The position numbers and the translations under genes were made by a program. Shown piece by piece: positions 47,233 to 53,010 of a stretch of 53,010 nt of DNA (position 1 is the first letter of the stretch; every line of letters starts with the position of its first letter). This DNA is from Gammaproteobacteria bacterium (GTDB lineage Bacteria > Pseudomonadota > Gammaproteobacteria > Thiohalomonadales > Thiohalomonadaceae): the NCBI GenBank assembly GCA_014859545.1, contig JACUTZ010000001.1, positions 1-53,010 of the forward strand. Direction: 5' to 3'. The notes under the pieces are model-generated. The model searched no databases. It had not been told where the DNA came from and worked only from the letters and a program-made list of their open reading frames with translations.

Positions 47233-50200
47233 TTAAAACCGGCCGTAATACCCTTCCTTCATCGCATCGTAGAGATTGGCGGCGGTGTGGATCTCGCCAT
47301 CGTATTCGATCTCTTCGTTGCCCTTGAGATCGAGTACTTGACCGTCTTCCAGTTCGAAGCGGTAGAGGGTGTTTTCCAGGTCCTTTTCCTTGACCAGAAC
47401 GCCCTGGAAGGCCTCGGGGTTGAAGCGGAAGGTGGTACAGCCCTTGAGGTCGTTTTCGTAGGCGTAGAGGTAGATGTCCTTGAAGTCCTCAAAGGCGTAG
47501 TCGGTGGGGACGTTGGCGGTCTTGGAGATCGAGGAATCGATCCACTTTTGTGCCGCGGCCTGGATATCGACGTGCTGCTTGGGGGTGACCTCTTCGGCGG
47601 TGATGAAGTATTCGGGCAGGCGCTCGTCGGCCTTGTCGGAATAGGGCATCGCCTTTTTATTGACCAGCTCGCGGAAGGCCAGCAGCTCGAAGGACCAGAC
47701 ATCGACCTTTTCCTTGGACTTTTTGCCTTCGCGGATCACGTTGCGGGCATAGTGATGGGCGAAGCTGGGTTCGATGCCGTTGCTGGCGTTGTTGGCCAAC
47801 GACAGGGAGATGGTGCCGGTGGGGGCGATGGAGCTGTGGTGGGTAAAGCGCGCACCCACCTCGGCCAGTTCCTTGATCAGCGCTGGCTCGACCTCGGCCA
47901 CGCGCTGCATGTAGCGGCTGTAGCGGGCATGCAAGACCTTGCCCTTGACCTTGTCACCAACCTTGTAGCCGTCACGCTTCATCTCGGGGCGCTGGCGCAG
48001 CATCTGTCCGGTGACCTCGAACTCCTGCTCCATGATCGGTGCTGGGCCCTTTTCCCTGGCCAGCTCCAGCGCACTCTTCCAGCCGACCACCGCCAGTTCG
48101 CGGGTAACCTGTTCGGTAAAGGCCAGCGAGGCGGCATCGCCGTATTTCATCCGCAACATGGTGATGGTGGAGCCCAGGCCCAGATAGCCCATGCCATGGC
48201 GGCGCTTGTTGACGATCTCCTTGCGCTGCTGCTCCAGCGGCAGACCGTTGATCTCGACCACGTTGTCCAGCATGCGGGTAAAGATCGCCACCGCCTCGCG
48301 GAATTTCTCCCAGTCGAAGCTGGCCTTGTCGGTAAAGGGATCGAGTACGAACTTGGTCAGGTTGATCGAGCCCAACAGGCAGGCGCCATAGGCGGGCAGC
48401 GGCTGCTCGCCACAGTTATGGGCATGCAAACCGTTGGCGTCAAAGGTATTGATACCCGGCACCTGCACGTCATAGACATCTTCCACGCCATCGGCAACGA
48501 CGGCCTCGACCCGCGCCACAAAACGCTCACGGTTCAGCTGGCGTTTGTAGTTACTCAACAGGCTTTCCAGTTGAGCGGCCTTGTCGCTATCGGCAAAACC
48601 GATCTGCTGGCTGAACTGCAACAGGTTCTCGCCGCTGATCACCAGTTCGTGCTGGGCCTGGGTGGCGTAATCCACCATGCCGCCCTTGCCGTCGGGCAAA
48701 CGGCTGTGACCCGCCGGGCGACGTTCCTTATACAGTTGCGCGACCACACCCAGGCGCAACAACATGCGCTGTACCGCCTCCAGCCGTGGCAAGTCGGACT
48801 GGGCCAGACGCACACTCACCCCCTTGGCCTGACTGCCCTGCACCGAGCCATCGGCATCGAACATGCCACGCAGGAAACCGCGATAAAAATCACTGGAGGC
48901 CTGCTCCATTGCAGGCGAGATACACTTATCACCGGGCTGCATGCCCAGCTCCTCAGCCAGTTGCTTGATGGCCACGGTGCTAAGACGGAATTCGTTGCGC
49001 CCGCCCACTTCACTCCAGCCACTGAAATCACTGCGATGCGGGAGGCTTTCGGCGGCACGCTGGGCCTCGGCCATCACGGCCTGCACGCCCGTTGATATTT
49101 GCGCCGCAACGCCATTGGCGACTGCCGCCGGTTGCCATACAGACAACACGGCCTTATCGGACTTGAGCGTACCGTCACCCACCAGCAGGCCCATCAGATA
49201 ACCCTGTTCCTGGCTGTATTCACCCTGCCATTGCGCTGCGGCACGATGGTCATTGAGCAGCACGCGATCACCGGCCTGCAACTGACCGGCCTCACACCAT
49301 TCTGTTTCGGTAGCATAACGACTGAAATGACTGACACGCCGTACGCGGTGATCGGCGGTGAGGCGCAGTTGAAAGCCCTCACTGGTCTGCAGACGCATCA
49401 CCGGCTTGGTGGCCGTTTTGAAGAAACCCTCTGCACCAGAGGCATGCACCTTGCCATCGACCTGCGCAATAAACGGGGTACCAACCAGGTCTGCTACCTG
49501 GCGTGGGCCACTGGTGGTCTGTACCCAGGTGTCGGCGGTAACACAGGGGTTGGTGGCGCGCACGTTTTCGCAGAACCAGTTGTTGTTCATCTCATTGACC
49601 TTGTCGATGAGGATGAAACCAGGTTCGGCAAAGTCGTAGGTGGAGGTCATGATCATGTCCCACAGACGGCGGGCCTTGATGGTCTTGTAGATCTTGCAGG
49701 CGACCAGGCCTTCGTCATTGGTGATGTAGACGTCCTTGATCGCCCAGTCGCGCCAGATCACCTGGGTTTCGTCTTCGATATTGATGTCATCGGCCTCCAG
49801 CTCCTTGGGGCCGATCGGGAAGGCCAGTTGCCAGTCGTCGTTGGCGATCACCGCTTCCATGAATTCGCGGGTGATCAGCAGCGAGAGGTTGAACTGGCGC
49901 AGGCGACCGGATTCGCGCTTGGCGCGGATGAAGTCCATCACATCAGGATGGCCGACATCGAAGGTGGCCATCTGTGCGCCACGGCGGCCACCGGCGGAGG
50001 AGACGGTGAAACACATCTTGTCGAAGATATCCATAAAGGACAGCGGGCCGGAGGTATAGGCGCCGGCGCCGGCGACAAAGGCCCCCTTGGGGCGCAGGGT
50101 GGAGAATTCATAGCCGATACCACAGCCGGCCTTGAGGGTCAGACCGGCCTCATGCACCTTGCCGAGGATGTCGTCCATGGAGTCGCGCACGGTGCCGGAG

Positions 50201-50523
50201 ACGGTACAGTTAATGGTAGAGGTGGCCGGTTTGTAGGCCCAGGCACCGGCATTGGAGGTGATGCGCCCGGCCGGGATAGCCCCATGACGCAGTGCCCACA
50301 GGAACTTGGCCTCCCACTCCTCGCGCTTGGCATCGGTCTCTTCCACCTCGGCCAGGGCCTTAGCCACCCGCGCATAGGTTGCGTCGATATCCTGGTCGAT
50401 CAGCTCACCGGACTTGGTGGTCAGGCGATACTTCTTCTCCCAGATATCCATCGAGGCGGGCTGAAAGGGGATTTCACTGACGGCAGTCGGGACGGCTTTC
50501 AGGTGGGCGCTGACTTTGCTCAT
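47233..50523 (-). CDS. nrdJa: Class II (adenosylcobalamin-dependent) ribonucleotide reductase, large N-terminal subunit, intein-containing
   Basis: N-terminus IWEKKYRL...ALRHGAIPAGRITSNAG. Active-site motif NPC/GEQPL interrupted by 377 aa. Downstream RNR barrel motifs present (SSIAPTGTISL). Confidence 0.88.
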   Translation of the reverse strand: MSKVSAHLKAVPTAVSEIPFQPASMDIWEKKYRLTTKSGELIDQDIDATYARVAKALAEVEETDAKREEWEAKFLWALRHGAIPAGRITSNAGAWAYKPATSTINCTVSGTVRDSMDDILGKVHEAGLTLKAGCGIGYEFSTLRPKGAFVAGAGAYTSGPLSFMDIFDKMCFTVSSAGGRRGAQMATFDVGHPDVMDFIRAKRESGRLRQFNLSLLITREFMEAVIANDDWQLAFPIGPKELEADDINIEDETQVIWRDWAIKDVYITNDEGLVACKIYKTIKARRLWDMIMTSTYDFAEPGFILIDKVNEMNNNWFCENVRATNPCVTADTWVQTTSGPRQVADLVGTPFIAQVDGKVHASGAEGFFKTATKPVMRLQTSEGFQLRLTADHRVRRVSHFSRYATETEWCEAGQLQAGDRVLLNDHRAAAQWQGEYSQEQGYLMGLLVGDGTLKSDKAVLSVWQPAAVANGVAAQISTGVQAVMAEAQRAAESLPHRSDFSGWSEVGGRNEFRLSTVAIKQLAEELGMQPGDKCISPAMEQASSDFYRGFLRGMFDADGSVQGSQAKGVSVRLAQSDLPRLEAVQRMLLRLGVVAQLYKERRPAGHSRLPDGKGGMVDYATQAQHELVISGENLLQFSQQIGFADSDKAAQLESLLSNYKRQLNRERFVARVEAVVADGVEDVYDVQVPGINTFDANGLHAHNCGEQPLPAYGACLLGSINLTKFVLDPFTDKASFDWEKFREAVAIFTRMLDNVVEINGLPLEQQRKEIVNKRRHGMGYLGLGSTITMLRMKYGDAASLAFTEQVTRELAVVGWKSALELAREKGPAPIMEQEFEVTGQMLRQRPEMKRDGYKVGDKVKGKVLHARYSRYMQRVAEVEPALIKELAEVGARFTHHSSIAPTGTISLSLANNASNGIEPSFAHHYARNVIREGKKSKEKVDVWSFELLAFRELVNKKAMPYSDKADERLPEYFITAEEVTPKQHVDIQAAAQKWIDSSISKTANVPTDYAFEDFKDIYLYAYENDLKGCTTFRFNPEAFQGVLVKEKDLENTLYRFELEDGQVLDLKGNEEIEYDGEIHTAANLYDAMKEGYYGRF
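48415..49545 (-). mobile_element. Intein (377 aa) with LAGLIDADG homing-endonuclease domain inside nrdJa
   Basis: Boundaries ATNP|CVTADTWV ... NGLHAHN|CGEQPLP. Block B LTADH. LAGLIDADG motifs YLMGLLVGDGTL and FLRGMFDADGSV. Occupies codons 327-703 of the ORF. Confidence 0.85.
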
Positions 50524-50595
50524 GTGGGGCTCCGTGGTTACAGGTGTTGTTATTCCCTGCCGGTGGATTCCTGTTGTGGCGGCACCGGCACTTAA

Positions 50596-50611
50596 ACACT
50601 ACATCTTGTGT
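50596..50611 (-). promoter_or_regulatory. NrdR box upstream of nrdJa
   Basis: acactacatcttgtgt fits the 16-bp palindromic NrdR consensus (acaCwAtATaTwGtgt). Lies 72 nt upstream of the ATG. Confidence 0.65.
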
Positions 50612-50761
50612 ATCGACCGGCATAGAGTAGGCAGCGTCCGGGGTACTGTCAACACTGTTTATGTAGGAAAAATACGATTTATCTATTTGATTTAAAAAGA
50701 CGAAAAATCGTAGCCCCTGAAAATTCAGCAACATAGCAACACGATAATATTTCTCACCGAA

Positions 50762-50777
50762 ACACTATATATTGTGT
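50762..50777 (-). promoter_or_regulatory. NrdR box (near-perfect) further upstream of nrdJa
   Basis: acactatatattgtgt. Confidence 0.65.
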
Positions 50778-50878
50778 TGCTAATACACTAGCCATGCCGG
50801 GGCAGTTAGCCAGCGCAAGCACTCACTATCGCCACAGACGGCATTATTTGACAGCAATACACAGGTGATTGACAGGGG

Positions 50879-50910
50879 CTTGAAGCCCGCTCGGGGCGTT
50901 CCTATATTTA
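50879..50910 (+). promoter_or_regulatory. Putative sigma-32 heat-shock promoter of the hsp20 gene
   Basis: cttgaag-N15-cctatattta resembles CTTGAAA-N13-15-CCCCATNT. About 50 nt upstream of the sHSP start. Confidence 0.45.
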
Positions 50911-50962
50911 GCGCAACCGCCTTAGCAGCGGCTGCATCAACCTTAACAGAGGAGTGTGTATC

Positions 50963-51385
50963 ATGAGTCTAGTACGTTATGAACCATGGGGCATGTTGCA
51001 GCAAATTCGTCGCGACATGGACCGAATGATGGGTGAAAGCGAGGCCAATACCGCCAGTGACTGGGTACCGGCGGTGGACATCCGTGAGGACAGCAAGTGC
51101 TTTGTGATCACCGCCGACGTCCCCGGCGTGGAGGCCAAGGACATCGAGGTACATGCGGAAAACGGCATGCTGACCATTCGCGGTGAACGCGAAACCGAGA
51201 AGAAGGATGAGCGCGACGGCTACAAGCGCATCGAGCGACAGTATGGCAGCTTTTTCCGCCGTTTCAGCCTGCCCGATACCGCGGATACCGACAAGATCTC
51301 GGCCAAGACCGTCAGCGGTGTGCTGACCATCACCATCCCCAAGTCGGAAAAGGTGATGCCGCGCAAGATCACCGTCGAGTCCTGA
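50963..51385 (+). CDS. Small heat-shock protein (Hsp20/alpha-crystallin family, IbpA-like)
   Basis: WVPAVDIRED...FVITADVPGVEAKDIEVHAENGMLTIRGER...FFRRFSLPD...ISAKTVSGVLTITIPK. ATG at 50963 follows AGAGGAG. Confidence 0.9.
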   Translation: MSLVRYEPWGMLQQIRRDMDRMMGESEANTASDWVPAVDIREDSKCFVITADVPGVEAKDIEVHAENGMLTIRGERETEKKDERDGYKRIERQYGSFFRRFSLPDTADTDKISAKTVSGVLTITIPKSEKVMPRKITVES

Positions 51386-51477
51386 TCCCCCCACTCCCCC
51401 GGCCCCGCCGGGGGGAACTCCCCTCCCCCTGCGATGGTCTGTTAGCCATCCTCATACCACTAAATCCATGGTGAATC

Positions 51478-52827
51478 ATGCGACTGTTGATCGTTTTACT
51501 GCTCGCCATCAGCCTGCCCCTGCAGGCCGCCCTCCCCGTCCACGACAGCCAGGGCGATACCCTGCCCAGCCTGGCACCGATGCTGGAAAAGACCGTGCCG
51601 GGGGTGGTCAACATCTTTACCCAAACCCGCGTACAGGTGCGCCAGAGTCCGCTGTTTTCCGATCCCTTTTTCCGCCACTTCTTTGACCTGCCCAACCAGC
51701 AACCGCGCGAACGCCTGGAACAAAGCCTCGGCTCCGGGGTGGTGGTCGATGCGGCCGAGGGCATCATCCTGACCAATCATCATGTGGTGCACCGCGCCGA
51801 GGCGATTGCGGTCCACCTGGCCGATGGGCGCAATCTCAAGGCCAGTCTGATCGGCTCCGATCCGGAAACCGATGTGGCGGTGTTGCAGGTGGAACCGGAC
51901 GGCCTGAGTGCGGTACCGATGGCCGACTCGGAACAGCTGCGGGTGGGGGATTTTGTGGTCGCCATCGGCAATCCCTTTGGCCTGGGCCAGACCGTCACCT
52001 CCGGGATCGTCTCGGCACTGGGCCGCTCGGGGCTGGGGATCGAGGGCTATGAGGATTTCATCCAGACCGACGCCTCGATCAATCCCGGCAACTCCGGTGG
52101 GGCGCTGGTCAACCTGCGCGGTGAGCTGGTGGGGATTAATACCGCGATCTTCTCCAAGAGTGGCGGCAGTATGGGGATCGGCTTTGCCATCCCAGTCAAC
52201 ATGGCGCGCGAGGTGATGGCGCAGATCATCGAACACGGCCAGGTGCAACGGGGCCAACTTGGCGCCCAGGCCCAGGACCTCAGCCCGGAACTGGCCGAGG
52301 CCTTTGCCATCCGCCTGCCCCGTGGCGCCGTGGTCACCCAAGTCAGTGAGGGCTCACCTGCGGCCAAGGCCGGACTACAGGTGGGCGATGTGATCACCCA
52401 TATCAATGGGCGTGAAATCCAGAATGCCAGTGATGTACGCAACCGGGTCGGCCTGCTGCGCATCGGCCAACAGGTAGCGATACAGATCTTGCGCGGCGAA
52501 CACCGCCACAGCCTGCGCGCCACCATCGCCGCCCCGGAACTGAACACCATTCAGGGCGAGGCCCTGCACCCGCGCCTGGGTGGCGCGCTACTGGCCAACC
52601 TGCGCGAACAAACCGTGCGCGGCACCGTACAGGGGGTGGCGGTGGTCGGCGTCCAGCCCGGCAGCCCCGCCCTGCGTGCCGGGCTGCGCGAGGGTGATAT
52701 CATCGCCCAGGCCAATCGCCAGCCTATCAGCGACCTGGACAGCCTGCGCGCCGCAGTCAAACCTCGCGAAGGCCTGCTGCTGAACATCCGCAGGGGAAAT
52801 GGCGCGATGTTCCTGATGCTGCAGTAA
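51478..52827 (+). CDS. Periplasmic Do-family serine endoprotease (DegQ/MucD-like, two PDZ domains)
   Basis: Signal peptide. Catalytic triad context (TNHHVV, DVAVLQV, GNSGGALVNLRGELVGINTAI). Two PDZ-like segments. Confidence 0.88.
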   Translation: MRLLIVLLLAISLPLQAALPVHDSQGDTLPSLAPMLEKTVPGVVNIFTQTRVQVRQSPLFSDPFFRHFFDLPNQQPRERLEQSLGSGVVVDAAEGIILTNHHVVHRAEAIAVHLADGRNLKASLIGSDPETDVAVLQVEPDGLSAVPMADSEQLRVGDFVVAIGNPFGLGQTVTSGIVSALGRSGLGIEGYEDFIQTDASINPGNSGGALVNLRGELVGINTAIFSKSGGSMGIGFAIPVNMAREVMAQIIEHGQVQRGQLGAQAQDLSPELAEAFAIRLPRGAVVTQVSEGSPAAKAGLQVGDVITHINGREIQNASDVRNRVGLLRIGQQVAIQILRGEHRHSLRATIAAPELNTIQGEALHPRLGGALLANLREQTVRGTVQGVAVVGVQPGSPALRAGLREGDIIAQANRQPISDLDSLRAAVKPREGLLLNIRRGNGAMFLMLQ

Positions 52828-52835
52828 TGCAGGGG

Positions 52836-52895
52836 TTAGGGGCTGGGGGCTAGGGTCGAAGAAGCAGCCTTGTCCCAGCCCCCAGCCCTTGGCCC
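52836..52895. terminator. GC-rich hairpin built from GGGGCT repeats downstream of the protease gene
   Basis: aggggctgggggctaggg ... cccagcccccagccct. No clear T-run, so terminator function is tentative. Confidence 0.4.
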
Positions 52896-52917
52896 CTATA
52901 GACCCGTCAAAAACAAT

Positions 52918-53010
52918 CTCACCGCAGACGACTACCTGGATGTAGTCGGTTGGAAATGTCGGGAACATATTTCCTAGACGCAGAGGACGCAGAGAACACC
53001 CAAAAATGAG
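52918..53010. repeat. Periodic-arm element, copy E (GCAGAG variant), left arm only (cut by window end) and apparently interrupted
   Basis: ctcaccgcagacg ... tagacgcagaggacgcagagaacac. The same ctcaccgca prefix and 8-9-nt units as copies B-D. Confidence 0.5.

Noticed and set aside
51386-51440. C-rich/G-rich tract after hsp20 as another repeat-family member
   Set aside because: It contains only one short hairpin (ccccc-ggccccgcc-ggggg) and no periodic units or CACCGCA prefix. It is probably just a terminator-like structure.

Overview
GC-rich proteobacterial chromosomal segment. It looks gammaproteobacterial from gene content and order (rpsT/murJ, rplM-rpsI, pilSR); that assignment is inference only. 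Most of the window is ordinary core genome. Three functional themes stand out. (1) A cobalamin theme: a B12 riboswitch upstream of btuB, two BtuF-like binding proteins, cobO, a TonB-like gene, a split B12-dependent class II ribonucleotide reductase (nrdJa/nrdJb) and a decayed B12-binding radical-SAM gene. (2) An ectR-ectABC ectoine cluster. (3) Housekeeping genes: rpsT, murJ, rpsI, rplM, rimO, tRNA-Gln, yebC, slt, yaeQ, hsp20, a DegQ-like protease, and an RND efflux pair. I found no complete recognisable defence system, prophage, CRISPR array or intact transposon. The features I consider most worth follow-up are listed here. (a) A full-length LAGLIDADG intein sits exactly at the active-site Cys motif of NrdJa. 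(b) A dispersed family of inverted-repeat elements has arms built from 8-9-nt periodic units (CGCAAAG, CGCAGAG or CACAGAG). The arms co-vary within each copy and the cores are unrelated. One copy fills the nrdJa-nrdJb spacer. (c) Two further palindromic or TIR repeat families are present, and one abuts an N-terminally truncated HepT toxin gene. (d) A visibly AT-richer, decaying islet (about 44.0-46.3 kb) carries frameshifted ORFs of unknown function and a 164-bp element with perfect 23-bp TIRs. (e) A tRNA-Gln 3' fragment plus terminator is duplicated, with a 74-nt insert in the fragment. (f) A closed multi-hairpin GC-rich region lies at the left edge of the window. All functional calls rest on my own recognition of protein motifs, not on database searches.
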